Below, in pieces: positions 10,929 to 20,752 of a DNA stretch of 64,000 nt (positions are counted from its first letter, which is position 1; the number at the start of each line of letters is the position of its first letter). The DNA is from Eubacteriales bacterium. GTDB lineage: Bacteria > Bacillota > Clostridia > Oscillospirales > CAG-272. The stretch spans positions 11,159 through 75,158 of the forward strand of contig JAZNKD010000005.1 of the NCBI GenBank assembly GCA_045578385.1, given 5' to 3'. The notes under the pieces were generated by a model. It was given only the letters and a program-made list of their open reading frames with translations. It was not told where the DNA came from and ran no database searches. A program made the translations under genes and the position numbers.

Positions 10929-11504
10929 TTACTTTGCACAACTTTTCTTTTTTTGAAAAATCTTCAGTATTAAGTGTTCCCCGCCAGAAAATCGAATTTT
11001 CTTGAAAAGTCGCATCACTAATACCATAAAAGATTTTGAAACTTTACGTATTAGTAATGAGGCGAAGGCAAGTATAATCGTTACCGATAAATAAATAACG
11101 CTTATCAGACTTAAAAGCAATTTTTTTATGCGACTGCCTAAAAATAACGAAAACAGATAAGTAGTACTTAAGGCAATCAAAGTTATATATAATCTGAAAA
11201 CACCGTCTGTAGCTACATAAAAGAAAATTATAAGAAGGATACCGTATGACAAAACATATAAAAAATCGAAAAACCATTCTTTCAACCTTGATTTCGACGG
11301 GTTATAAAAAAATTTATGCTCTTTCAGCCTTAATACACTTGATATACTGTCCGATGATTTATATATTTTCTTAGGTAGTAAAATAACGTTCTCGATTGTA
11401 TGTATAGCTACATTAAGTGCAATGCTGTATATACCCATAAGAATACCGAATATAGCCGATTCTCGCGCGATAACGATAATATCTTTTAAATCTACGTAGA
11501 ACAT
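10929..11504 (-). CDS. yabQ: Multi-pass membrane protein in the YabQ (spore cortex biosynthesis) position
   Basis: The 191-aa product is hydrophobic with several predicted TM helices and starts at the base directly after the yabP stop. The call is by synteny with the Bacillus yabP-yabQ pair and not by motif. Confidence 0.6.
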   Translation of the reverse strand: MFYVDLKDIIVIARESAIFGILMGIYSIALNVAIHTIENVILLPKKIYKSSDSISSVLRLKEHKFFYNPSKSRLKEWFFDFLYVLSYGILLIIFFYVATDGVFRLYITLIALSTTYLFSLFLGSRIKKLLLSLISVIYLSVTIILAFASLLIRKVSKSFMVLVMRLFKKIRFSGGEHLILKIFQKKKSCAK

Positions 11505-11768
11505 TTAATGTATAAACCTTCCGAAAATCCCCTTCTTCTTTTCATCTGAAGAAATAAAAACGCCGCTAACATCTCCGGTAATATAAATCGTACCCCCTTC
11601 TTTAGTAAGGCTTTCAATTTTTAAATCGTTACCTTCAACGGATATTTTTCCCGAAACGGTATCAAGAGAAACATATCCGTCATCAAATCCTCTTATATCA
11701 TTTACACCTTCCATAGAAAAGGAACTTCCTATAATCAAAGTTATCTTACTTTTATTCGTGCCTTCCAT
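11505..11768 (-). CDS. yabP: Sporulation protein YabP
   Basis: The 87-aa product shows the YabP-like pattern (ITLIIGSSFSMEGVNDIRGFDDGYVSLDT...ISVEGNDLKIESL) and has a GGAGG Shine-Dalgarno sequence. Confidence 0.85.
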   Translation of the reverse strand: MEGTNKSKITLIIGSSFSMEGVNDIRGFDDGYVSLDTVSGKISVEGNDLKIESLTKEGGTIYITGDVSGVFISSDEKKKGIFGRFIH

Positions 11769-11784
11769 ATAACCTCCATAAAAA

Positions 11785-11816
11785 ACGATGCATACTCGTT
11801 AAAGAATATGCATCGT
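11785..11816 (-). terminator. Intrinsic terminator or attenuating hairpin between the S4-domain gene and yabP
   Basis: A perfect 10-bp stem, acgatgcata (11785-94) pairing with tatgcatcgt (11807-16), is followed on the minus strand by TTTTTTA and then the yabP Shine-Dalgarno sequence. Confidence 0.55.
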
Positions 11817-11825
11817 CATATTTTT

Positions 11826-12080
11826 TTATTCGCCAATTTCGGACACTACTTCATACATTCCTGCTGATTCCATCTTTTTTGTTGTGTCCTTAATCTCAAG
11901 TACACGAACAGTAACCGCTTTTGTTCCAAAGGCAATCGTTATTAAATCACCGCATTTTACATTGTAAGAAGCTTTTGCAGCCTTGCCGTTAACAGTAATT
12001 CTCGACGCATCGCATGCATCATTGGCAACCGTTCTGCGTTTAATTAATCGGGAAACCTTCAGATACTTATCTAATCGCAT
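11826..12080 (-). CDS. S4-domain RNA-binding protein (YabO/HslR-like)
   Basis: The 84-aa product begins [19 protein letters not shown], the S4 signature, and sits before yabP as in Bacillus. Confidence 0.8.
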   Translation of the reverse strand: MRLDKYLKVSRLIKRRTVANDACDASRITVNGKAAKASYNVKCGDLITIAFGTKAVTVRVLEIKDTTKKMESAGMYEVVSEIGE

Positions 12081-12085
12081 AGAAA

Positions 12086-12361
12086 TTACTCGTTAACTGC
12101 GTCCTTGAGAGCCTTTGAAGCAGAGAAAGAGGGTTTCTTGCAAGCGGGAATTTCAATATTTTCACCTGTCTTGGGATTGCGGCCTTCTCTTGCAGCAACA
12201 TCCTTAACTTCGAAAGTGCCAAAGCCGATAAGCTGAACCTTATCTCCTGCCTTAAGAGCTTCTGTAATAGCGTTAATTGTAGCAGCAACAACAGCCTCTG
12301 CATCCTTTTTGGATACCTGAGCCTCAGCAGCTACAACATTGATAAGTTCTGTTTTGTTCAT
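12086..12361 (-). CDS. hup: DNA-binding protein HU
   Basis: The 91-aa product contains MNKTELI...GFGTFEV...RNPKTGE..IP, the canonical HU pattern. Confidence 0.95.
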   Translation of the reverse strand: MNKTELINVVAAEAQVSKKDAEAVVAATINAITEALKAGDKVQLIGFGTFEVKDVAAREGRNPKTGENIEIPACKKPSFSASKALKDAVNE

Positions 12362-12399
12362 TGGTTTATACTTCCTTTCAAAATTTAATTAACATAGTG

Positions 12400-12428
12400 A
12401 TTATAACAACATTCCGCTATAATTGCAA
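12400..12428 (-). promoter_or_regulatory. Sigma-A type promoter of hup
   Basis: On the minus strand the -35 is TTGCAA (12428-12423), followed by a 17-nt spacer ending in TGt and a -10 of TATAAT (12405-12400). Confidence 0.6.
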
Positions 12429-12491
12429 TAGTAAAGATATCTTTTTCGAGCTTTTTTTTATTTTTTTCGTCTTATTACATAACCAAAATTG

Positions 12492-14063
12492 TTATTTTTT
12501 GGCACTTTTAACAAATTCAAATATAGAATTAAGCTGTTTTCTCATAAAAATGTAGAGAAACGTAAAATACAAACCTGCTGCGAATAAGGCAAACAAGAGA
12601 AAAATCAAAGCATCAAACACACCACGCACAAAATAATTGTACGCAAAATATGCACTTCCTATTGATATTATTGATGAAAAAAACGGTATCCATACAAGCT
12701 TAAAAGAAGAAACGTTCAATTTCAGTCCTCTCAAAATATACCCTAATGAAATCAACAGCGAAATACCGTAACTTATACTTGTGGAAATAGGTGCTCCAAC
12801 TATTCCTAATCTACCTATAAGAAAGTACCCGAAAACAATCTTAAAAACTGCTCCTACGCTCATAGAAATCAATGAAATTTTCTGATTCAGTGTAGATTCC
12901 AGAATACTGTTCAAAACAGTTAGAAGTGACAACGAAATTACAGATGCCGATAAAACACTTAAAAGCGGCGCACCTATCTGTGCCGAATCATTGCTGAAAA
13001 GCAACATAAGTATCTCTTTTGAAAAGAACAGGTAAGCCGCTGCCGTAGGAAAGGCAATAACAGTACCTACGGTTATAATAACGCGGCAAATATTTTCAAA
13101 TTCTTCTCTATCGCCGCAAGTAAACTTTGACGTAAGATGAGGAATGGCAGAAATACCCAAAGGAGTTATCAAGGCGGTAACAAGATTTAACATCGGCACT
13201 GCAAGCGTGGTAAAATTGCCAAACAACGCTACCGCTTCCGAAGAAGATATGCCGATAGACAAAAGTCTTTTCATAATCAGACCAAGATCTATTATGTTGG
13301 ATATCCCCATAACCGCAGAGCTGAAGGTTATTGGTAACGAAATATAAAGCACCTTCTTGATTATATAAAGATTAGCACATTGTATTTTCTGCCCGTTATT
13401 TTCTCTTATGTTTGCGTTTTTTGAACAAACAAGAAGAAAAATAGCTCCTATGAAAGTTCCAAGCGTCACGCCTAAGACTGTAAATGCAGATATCATATGA
13501 ACAGGCATTTTTTTCCTTACAGCAAAAAACGCAAACGCTAATCCGCAAACAAATTTTATCACGCCCTCAATTACCTCTGATATCGCAATGTCACGCATTC
13601 TTCTTTTGCTGTTTAAATATCCTCTTAAAACTCCCGACGCCGAAACAAAAGCTAAAGAAGGAGCTATACATAACAACGAAAACGAAGCTAAGGAATTACC
13701 TATAAGTGCTGCAAAATATCTCGAGAAAATCATCAAAACCGCACTAAATACTATTCCAACCGTAACATATAATTTAAGGCAAACGCTAAGTATGCTTCTC
13801 GCGTTATATTCACCTTTTGTGTGAGATTCTGTAATTGTAATGGAAACAGCCCTCGGAACACCGCTGGTACACAGCATATAAAAGAAAGAGAAAACAGAAT
13901 ATGCCGAATTAAAATATCCCATACCTTCATCACCCATAACGTGCGACAGAGGAAGTTTATATAAAAATCCTATAATTTTAACAATAACAACAGATAACGT
14001 AAGAGCAAAAGCTCCACCAAGTAAGCTGTCCTTCCCATCTTCTGTATTGTTTATTTTAACCAT
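12492..14063 (-). CDS. MOP-superfamily polysaccharide/lipid II flippase (SpoVB/YabM/MurJ-like)
   Basis: The 523-aa product has about 14 predicted hydrophobic segments and occupies the yabM position upstream of the hup/yabO/yabP block. Confidence 0.75.
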   Translation of the reverse strand: MVKINNTEDGKDSLLGGAFALTLSVVIVKIIGFLYKLPLSHVMGDEGMGYFNSAYSVFSFFYMLCTSGVPRAVSITITESHTKGEYNARSILSVCLKLYVTVGIVFSAVLMIFSRYFAALIGNSLASFSLLCIAPSLAFVSASGVLRGYLNSKRRMRDIAISEVIEGVIKFVCGLAFAFFAVRKKMPVHMISAFTVLGVTLGTFIGAIFLLVCSKNANIRENNGQKIQCANLYIIKKVLYISLPITFSSAVMGISNIIDLGLIMKRLLSIGISSSEAVALFGNFTTLAVPMLNLVTALITPLGISAIPHLTSKFTCGDREEFENICRVIITVGTVIAFPTAAAYLFFSKEILMLLFSNDSAQIGAPLLSVLSASVISLSLLTVLNSILESTLNQKISLISMSVGAVFKIVFGYFLIGRLGIVGAPISTSISYGISLLISLGYILRGLKLNVSSFKLVWIPFFSSIISIGSAYFAYNYFVRGVFDALIFLLFALFAAGLYFTFLYIFMRKQLNSIFEFVKSAKK

Positions 14064-14156
14064 ATTAAACCTCGTAGATCTTTTATCTATTTAAAATTTA
14101 TTTTTATCTTCCCTGTTTTATGACGCAAGCCTGTGATAAGCTTTTAAAAGTATTTA

Positions 14157-14199
14157 AAAAATGAAACCGTCGGCGCTGGAGCCCGACGGTTTCATTTTT
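14157..14199 (-). terminator. Intrinsic terminator after the hemZ-like gene
   Basis: The stem atgaaaccgtcgg (14161-73) pairs with ccgacggtttcat (14183-95) and is flanked by A and T runs. On the minus strand it is followed by TTTTTT. Confidence 0.7.
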
Positions 14200-15736
14200 A
14201 TTTATTTTGCTCTGAGAAAAACGCAAGAATTTTATCTTTAATAGGAGACTTTGCCTCAGGACTGCCTGAAGCTGCAAGCTCATGCTCGCGTAAATATTCA
14301 TAAGGATATTTGGGTGCAAATAAACGTTCTATCCGTTTTGGAGTATTATCTTCCTCGTTAACTACAACAAGCTTCGTAACCGCTCCGGCACCTACGGCAA
14401 ATATCGTCTGAGTTTCTTCCATCATATATACGTTATAGAGACCTTCGTGGCCTTCTTTTGCAAATCCAACGTTTTCAAGATTTCCAACGGTATTCTTTTG
14501 CCTATACATATAATAAGGCTTATAACCTGCAAACTTGGTTTTAATTTGCGAATAAGAGACTGATTTCGCAGCATCACCGCCGGAAACCGAATATATATTC
14601 GAATTATTTTTCAACGCATCGGATGCTTTCTTTACGCAGAAGGTATGTACGGTAATATTTGTCGGATCAAGCTCAATAATTTTATCAACAGTTTCAGAAA
14701 AATTGCGAAAATCATCACCCGGAAGTCCGGCTATAAGGTCAATGTTTATATCCTTTATTCCGCTCTCTTTTGCGATTTTGTAAGCTTTAAAGAAATCTTC
14801 GGTAGTATGGCGCCTGCCAATCTCTCTGAGAACGTCATCGTTGAGGGTTTGCGGATTTACGCTTATTCTTGTAACACCGTATTTTTTTGCAACGTCAAGC
14901 TTTTCCTTTGTTATAGTATCGGGTCTGCCTGCTTCAAGTGTAAATTCGGCAAGCATTGACGTATCGATTCTTGAAGATATTTTTGAAAGAAGCTTATCGA
15001 GCTGCATTTCCGAAAGAGTAGTGGGAGTACCCCCGCCAATATACACCGTAGAAAGATTCATACCAAGTTCCTCTATAGTGTCAAACGTATTGTCAAGATC
15101 GGTACAAAGCGCATCAATATAAGGATCAATGAGGGAGAGTAGTCTGGGTGTTGTATAAGAAACAAAGCTGCAATACGAACATCTTGTCGGACAAAACGGT
15201 ATGGATATATATAAAGAACATTCATTTGGTGAAGAACGCTTTAATATTTTCATCTCCAGAGAAGCAACGGAAACTGCCAGAGCAGCTTTTTGCGGATTCA
15301 AAAAATACTCGTCTCTCATTATTCTTTTACTTTTTGTTATTCCGTTTCCCTGACGGATTAGCGAGCTCGCGATTTTTGCCGGACGTACTCCTGTAAGAAT
15401 TCCCCAAGGCGGAATATGTCCAAGTAAATCTTTCCCGGCGGAGAAAAGAGCTCTACCGACAGCGATTCCCTCGTGAGTTGCAATCGTTATATTTTCATCA
15501 GTGGATACACTTGCGGTAGCATCGCACACTTTATCGTTAAGTTTCATAGAAACGTATGCGGTAACCCCGCCGTCTGCCTCGGAATCAACGTTGACGCTTA
15601 CTTCGGGAATACCTTCTCCGCCCTCTTCGTTTTCACCAAACGTAGCACCCGGGAAAAATACCATACAAAGCGTTTGTACGTAATATCTGTTTATATTTCC
15701 GTCTATTTTTAGAACCATATAAACTTTACCTTTCAA
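14198..15736 (-). CDS. hemZ: Radical SAM protein, HemN/HemZ-like oxygen-independent coproporphyrinogen dehydrogenase family
   Basis: The CxxxCxxC cluster motif is present (CPTRCSYCSF) with a HemN-like downstream region. The ORF start at 15736 is TTG, and an ATG at 15718 is an alternative start. Confidence 0.8.
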   Translation of the reverse strand: MKGKVYMVLKIDGNINRYYVQTLCMVFFPGATFGENEEGGEGIPEVSVNVDSEADGGVTAYVSMKLNDKVCDATASVSTDENITIATHEGIAVGRALFSAGKDLLGHIPPWGILTGVRPAKIASSLIRQGNGITKSKRIMRDEYFLNPQKAALAVSVASLEMKILKRSSPNECSLYISIPFCPTRCSYCSFVSYTTPRLLSLIDPYIDALCTDLDNTFDTIEELGMNLSTVYIGGGTPTTLSEMQLDKLLSKISSRIDTSMLAEFTLEAGRPDTITKEKLDVAKKYGVTRISVNPQTLNDDVLREIGRRHTTEDFFKAYKIAKESGIKDINIDLIAGLPGDDFRNFSETVDKIIELDPTNITVHTFCVKKASDALKNNSNIYSVSGGDAAKSVSYSQIKTKFAGYKPYYMYRQKNTVGNLENVGFAKEGHEGLYNVYMMEETQTIFAVGAGAVTKLVVVNEEDNTPKRIERLFAPKYPYEYLREHELAASGSPEAKSPIKDKILAFFSEQNK

Positions 15737-15743
15737 TTTAACA

Positions 15744-16205
15744 TCAATTCTTTTTTGTGTAAAGAATTTTAGAATTCATAACAATAGTAACGGGACCGTC
15801 GGTTGACAATTCGGTTCTCATCTCCGCACCGAAAACTCCGCTTTCACACTTTCTCACCCTTATTCTCATAAGTGTAAGAAAATATTCATACAGGCGATTC
15901 GCCTCAGCGGGTGCTGCCCCAGCAAAATAATCAGGTCTGTTTCCGTGTGCGTAATTCGCATTAAGCGTAAAGTTTGATACAACGAGAGCCTCGCCGTCAA
16001 TATCTTTAATTGACAGATTCATCTTTCCTGCTTCATCGCTGAAAATGCGAAGTTTAGATATCTTTTCCGAAAGAAGTTCTGCATCCTTTTCGTTATCATC
16101 CTTTTCAACTCCTAAAAGGATATACAAACCATATCCAACTTTACCGGAAATATCACCGTCTGCATACACTGTTGCATTGTTAATTCTTTGAAGAACTGCT
16201 ATCAT
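15744..16205 (-). CDS. dtd: D-aminoacyl-tRNA deacylase
   Basis: The 153-aa product begins MIAVLQR and carries SNFTL and GNRPDY motifs. Confidence 0.9.
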   Translation of the reverse strand: MIAVLQRINNATVYADGDISGKVGYGLYILLGVEKDDNEKDAELLSEKISKLRIFSDEAGKMNLSIKDIDGEALVVSNFTLNANYAHGNRPDYFAGAAPAEANRLYEYFLTLMRIRVRKCESGVFGAEMRTELSTDGPVTIVMNSKILYTKKN

Positions 16206-16223
16206 TTTTTTGTCTCTTTTACT

Positions 16224-18455
16224 TTAATTTGAAAATCCTCTTGTTACGGAAAGAACCGATTTAAGTGAACGAAGCTTAGATACGATGGACTCGTAGTGAG
16301 AAGTATTCTTACATCCAATCGTAAGATTTACCAACATAGTGCCGTTTTTCTGTATCTGAGTGTTAATGGAGCTGATGGATACCTTCATATCAGCAAGAGC
16401 AACAGAAATCGAAGCTATAACGCCGATACCATCCTCGAGAATAAGCTGAATCATCGCCTCATAAGTTTCGTTAGACTGCGGATTCTGAGTCGCGGGAGTA
16501 TCCCATTCGGCTTTTACCCAGCGCGAAAGATTTTCCTCGTTACCTCTTGAAAGAGTTACGTTCGGGCAATCCGATTTATGCACGGAAACGCCAAAACCTC
16601 TAGTAATAAAACCAACTATCTTGTCGCCCGGTAAAGGATTACAGCACTTTGAGAATTTTACCTGACATCCGTGTTCTCCGTCAATAATTATGCCGCCGGT
16701 AGAACGAAGCCTATTGCTTTTAGTTGCGAGCTTAACCTTGGAAATTTCATCCTCAGTAGTCATTTGCACAGGAGATTCGGCTGCTACAATTTTCTCGAAC
16801 TCCTCTTTCATTTTGGGAATGAATCTCGATAAAGAGAGTCCTCCGAATCCAATGGTATTATAAAAATCGTCAGCGTCCTGTATTCCAACTCTCTTAGCGA
16901 TAGTTGTAACAACTTCCTCTATCTGTTCGTCAGTAAAGTTTTTTCCGATTTTTCTGACTTCCTTTTCAACCTCGGCTTTACCCATCTGGATATTTTCTGT
17001 TCGTTTTTCTTTCTTAAACCACTGACGGATTTTACTTCTCGCAGCTCCGGTTTTAACTATTTTTAGCCAGTCTCTACTTGGTCCTTTAGAAGACTGAGAT
17101 GTAATGATCTCAATTATATCGCCATTCTGAGGAACCTTATCTATAGGAACAATTACACCGTTGATTTTAGCTCCCATCATCTTATTGCCGACCGCTGAGT
17201 GTATGGCATATGCGAAATCTATCGTCGTAGAGCCGAGAGGTAAAGAAATAACGTCGCCCTTTGGTGTGAAAACAAAGGTCTCATCGTGAAATATGTCGGT
17301 CTTGAATGAGCGCATAAATTCATCGGGATCTCTCGTATTTTCATCAGACTCAAGTAGCTGAGCAATCCAACGAAGTTTTTCGTCTATATCGGCGCCGGAG
17401 CGCGAACCTGACTTGTATTTCCAGTGCGCAGCAAGACCGTATTCGGCTTCCTCGTGCATCTGTCTCGTTCTTATCTGAACCTCAAACGGAATACCGTTAT
17501 TACCTATAACCGTCGTATGAAGCGAACGGTACAAATTAGGCTTGGGCGTAGAAATATAATCCTTAAATCTACCCGGTACCGATTTGAACATTTCGTGCAC
17601 AAGACCTAGCGCGGTATAACACTCAAGCTCATTATCAACAATAACTCTTACAGCATAAAAATCATATATTTCATCGAAAGATCTGCCAAAAGTATACATC
17701 TTGCGGTATAAACTGTAAACAGATTTAATTCTTCCCTCGAGTGTAAAATGAATACTGTTTTCAAGAAGCTTTTCAGAAAGCTCTTTTTTCGCTTCGTGAA
17801 GAAAATCTCGGCTTATTCCGTATTTTTTCTCTATTGCTTCTTCTACTTCCGCATATCCTATTGGGTCAAGATAAAACAAACTTAAATTTTCAAGCTCCTG
17901 CTTGATTCTTTGAATACCTAAGCGATGCGCGAGAGGTGCATAGATATACATAGTTTCAAGAGCTATTGCTCTTTGCCTATCCTCTTTTTTAGCCGCAAGA
18001 GTACGCATATTATGCAAACGGTCGCAAAGCTTGATAAAGATAACTCGAATATCTTTATTCATTGCAAGAAGCATTTTGCGTATATTCTCTATATGAGCTT
18101 CTTCTTTATCTGCCACCTGAACCTGTATTATTTTTGTAAGACCGTCAACAAGCATAGCTACATCTTTTCCAAACATCGTAGCTAAAGTATTAAGGTCTGT
18201 CTTATCCGCGCAATCCTCTACCGTATCGTGAAGAAGAGCTGCAGCAATAGAATCAGTATCAAGACCAAGCTCCGCAACGATAGTCGCCACAGCAACAGGG
18301 TGACTTACGTACGGCTCCCCGCTTTGCCTATACTGCCCTGCGTGCATCTCTGCAGAGTAATGAAAGGCTTTATTTATTTTTTCGTAATCGTAATTTTTGT
18401 CATTGCCTTCGATCACGTCAAGCAATGGCTTTATTAATTCGCTTAAATTTTCCAT
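16224..18455 (-). CDS. relA: Bifunctional (p)ppGpp synthetase/hydrolase
   Basis: The 743-aa product has an HD hydrolase domain (HPVAV, HDTVED), a synthetase region (YRSLHTTV) and TGS and ACT-like C-terminal domains. Confidence 0.95.
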   Translation of the reverse strand: MENLSELIKPLLDVIEGNDKNYDYEKINKAFHYSAEMHAGQYRQSGEPYVSHPVAVATIVAELGLDTDSIAAALLHDTVEDCADKTDLNTLATMFGKDVAMLVDGLTKIIQVQVADKEEAHIENIRKMLLAMNKDIRVIFIKLCDRLHNMRTLAAKKEDRQRAIALETMYIYAPLAHRLGIQRIKQELENLSLFYLDPIGYAEVEEAIEKKYGISRDFLHEAKKELSEKLLENSIHFTLEGRIKSVYSLYRKMYTFGRSFDEIYDFYAVRVIVDNELECYTALGLVHEMFKSVPGRFKDYISTPKPNLYRSLHTTVIGNNGIPFEVQIRTRQMHEEAEYGLAAHWKYKSGSRSGADIDEKLRWIAQLLESDENTRDPDEFMRSFKTDIFHDETFVFTPKGDVISLPLGSTTIDFAYAIHSAVGNKMMGAKINGVIVPIDKVPQNGDIIEIITSQSSKGPSRDWLKIVKTGAARSKIRQWFKKEKRTENIQMGKAEVEKEVRKIGKNFTDEQIEEVVTTIAKRVGIQDADDFYNTIGFGGLSLSRFIPKMKEEFEKIVAAESPVQMTTEDEISKVKLATKSNRLRSTGGIIIDGEHGCQVKFSKCCNPLPGDKIVGFITRGFGVSVHKSDCPNVTLSRGNEENLSRWVKAEWDTPATQNPQSNETYEAMIQLILEDGIGVIASISVALADMKVSISSINTQIQKNGTMLVNLTIGCKNTSHYESIVSKLRSLKSVLSVTRGFSN

Positions 18456-18458
18456 AAA

Positions 18459-20642
18459 CTAAATATTCTGCTGAGAACGAATTCTCCTTAAAAGATTTGA
18501 TTTTTCAAGATCCGCTTTACCTGTTCTGTAATGCATACTGAAACGGTAAATATCGTTACCAACTTCAATAATTCCTAATATGTTAAGCTCTTGCATCACT
18601 TTTATGATTATCAAAAGCTTTATATAATCCACTTTATTTCCTTTTATATTCGATAGCTTGTATAAAATGTCACGAATTGAAAGAACCTCATCTCCAGCTC
18701 TTACTGATGACACCAAAACTCTGTAGACTTCTGCAAAATTTTCTCTTGTCGGAATAATATTTTCTTCGTGCGAAAATCTTGCTCCGCCCCAGATTTCAGA
18801 GAATCTTTTGGATTGTGCATCCATATGTGCTCGCAATGCCTCGGATTGCTTAATATCTCTGATTATAAGCTGGGCATTTCGTCTTCCTGACCATTCGTTT
18901 ACGTCAAGATTGAAAAGAACGTCAACTTTATCTCCGACGTATATATCAAGAGTATCCGGATTACACGAGAAGAACATTCCCACTAAAACATTTTTTCCAT
19001 CGGTAAACGCCATTTTTGTATGCTTTCCTTCGCTTACGGGGGCAATTTCCGTAAGGATCGCATCCCTAACAACGAAAGCAGGGACGGGGTTTCCTACACC
19101 GTAAGGCTCAAGTATACGAAGATCATCGGCAAGCGAAAGATTTACTGATGAAAGAGATATTTCAAGATCTGCATCAACCGTAGGAATCATATTTTCCTCG
19201 CTCAACGTTTCTTTTGCATATTCGTTGATCTTTCTTCTGAATGCATCAAGATTGGATCTTGTAACGGAAAGACCCGCCGCAAGCTCGTGTCCGCCAAATT
19301 TGACGAGCTCGTCCTTGCAGTAGCACAATGCATCAACAAGATTCATACCTTTGATACTTCTTCCTGATCCTTTTCCAACGTCATCCGGCATCGGAATGTC
19401 ACCTTCGTTACCCTCAAAAGAAATCAGTATAGACGGTCTTGAATACTTTTCGGTAATTCTTGACGAGACGATACCTATAACGCCGTGATGCCAATTATCT
19501 GCATCAAGGACTATAACCGGCATTTTATCATAACCGAATTTCTCTATTTTCTTATAAGCTTCTTCAATTATGCGATTTTCTTCGCTCTGACGCTCTCTGT
19601 TTGCATCGCAAAGCTCGGTCGCAATACGGTAAGCTTTCTCGTAATTGTCGGTTAAAAACAAGTCAACTGCCATACCTGCGGTTCTGATTCTTCCCGCGGC
19701 GTTTATTCTGGGCGCAAGAGTAAATCCGATATAACTTGAAGATATTTTTGTTTGCTTTCTTTTATTTGCGAATCGCTGCGCCTCATTTTTACCGGTAGCC
19801 GCTTCAATAAGAGCAGCCAAGCCCAGACGTCGACTCTTATTCATTTTCTTAAGTCCATAGCTTACGATAAGACGATTTTCTTCTTTTATGGGCATTACGT
19901 CCGCTATGGTACCTATTGCAACAAGATCTGCATATTTTTCAACGATTGATAATGCCGCTTCCGCCCTTGAACAATTCAAGAAACGTTCCTCGCATGCACA
20001 GAGGAATTTAAAAACTACACCTACTCCTGCGAGCTCTTTAAATTTAGACTTACAGTCAGGTCTATGCGGATTTACAACAGCGCATGCCTCGGGAATAATC
20101 TGACGGCACTCGTGGTGGTCGGTAATAATAAAGTCAATTCCGATACCTTTTGCAAAGAGAACTTCTTCATCTGCGGTGATACCGGTATCAACAGTTATAA
20201 TAAGATTGGTTCCCGATTCTGCGAGTGCTGAAATTGCGCTCTCGGATACTCCGTATCCCTCGCCGATTCGATTAGGTATGTAGTAATCAACCTCAAGCCC
20301 GATAGATTTGAGATATAGATACAAAGTGCAAACGGATGTAACCCCGTCTACGTCATAGTCACCGTAAACGGTAACCTTCTCCTTTCTTTCGACGGCTAAT
20401 GCCAAACGGTCAACTGCAAGTGACATATCCGCCATTTCATACGGATCGGTAAGAATTTCCGATTCCATATACAAAAATTTCTTTGCAGAAGCTACGTCAC
20501 AATACCCCCTGCACCAAAGAAGATTTGCTATAACGGCATTTATACCCAGTTCCTTAGATATTCTGTTGACAGAATCCAAAGTATCTTCGGTAACTGCGTT
20601 TTTAATCAGCCATTTCTTCTCCTTCATTTTGTTTTTTGTCAT
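18459..20642 (-). CDS. recJ: Single-stranded-DNA-specific exonuclease RecJ
   Basis: DHH motifs are present (DYDVDGVTS, TVDTG, ITDHHE) and the DHHA1 region includes GGHELAAG. Confidence 0.95.
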   Translation of the reverse strand: MTKNKMKEKKWLIKNAVTEDTLDSVNRISKELGINAVIANLLWCRGYCDVASAKKFLYMESEILTDPYEMADMSLAVDRLALAVERKEKVTVYGDYDVDGVTSVCTLYLYLKSIGLEVDYYIPNRIGEGYGVSESAISALAESGTNLIITVDTGITADEEVLFAKGIGIDFIITDHHECRQIIPEACAVVNPHRPDCKSKFKELAGVGVVFKFLCACEERFLNCSRAEAALSIVEKYADLVAIGTIADVMPIKEENRLIVSYGLKKMNKSRRLGLAALIEAATGKNEAQRFANKRKQTKISSSYIGFTLAPRINAAGRIRTAGMAVDLFLTDNYEKAYRIATELCDANRERQSEENRIIEEAYKKIEKFGYDKMPVIVLDADNWHHGVIGIVSSRITEKYSRPSILISFEGNEGDIPMPDDVGKGSGRSIKGMNLVDALCYCKDELVKFGGHELAAGLSVTRSNLDAFRRKINEYAKETLSEENMIPTVDADLEISLSSVNLSLADDLRILEPYGVGNPVPAFVVRDAILTEIAPVSEGKHTKMAFTDGKNVLVGMFFSCNPDTLDIYVGDKVDVLFNLDVNEWSGRRNAQLIIRDIKQSEALRAHMDAQSKRFSEIWGGARFSHEENIIPTRENFAEVYRVLVSSVRAGDEVLSIRDILYKLSNIKGNKVDYIKLLIIIKVMQELNILGIIEVGNDIYRFSMHYRTGKADLEKSNLLRRIRSQQNI

Positions 20643-20752
20643 TATATTTTAACCATTAGCTGAGCCTGAGCTCACCTTTCAATTTAATAATCTGCTTTAT
20701 GGCATCAATTTGAAAATATGATGCTTTTTATCGGTCTTAGTTTCACCCGATC

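Noticed and set aside
11783-11811. A sigma-E-like sporulation promoter may be embedded in the yabO-yabP hairpin. On the minus strand it would read GCATATT, a 14-nt spacer, then CATCGTTT.
   Set aside because: The -35 part fits the recalled consensus, but the -10 matches only about 4 of 8 positions of CATACA-T. The implied start site would also fall inside the yabP GGAGG Shine-Dalgarno sequence, leaving no usable leader.
12067-12303. A 78-codon Leu/Gln-rich ORF overlaps hup in another frame on the same strand.
   Set aside because: It lies entirely within the highly conserved HU gene, its sequence is repetitive and low in complexity, and it has no independent translation signals.
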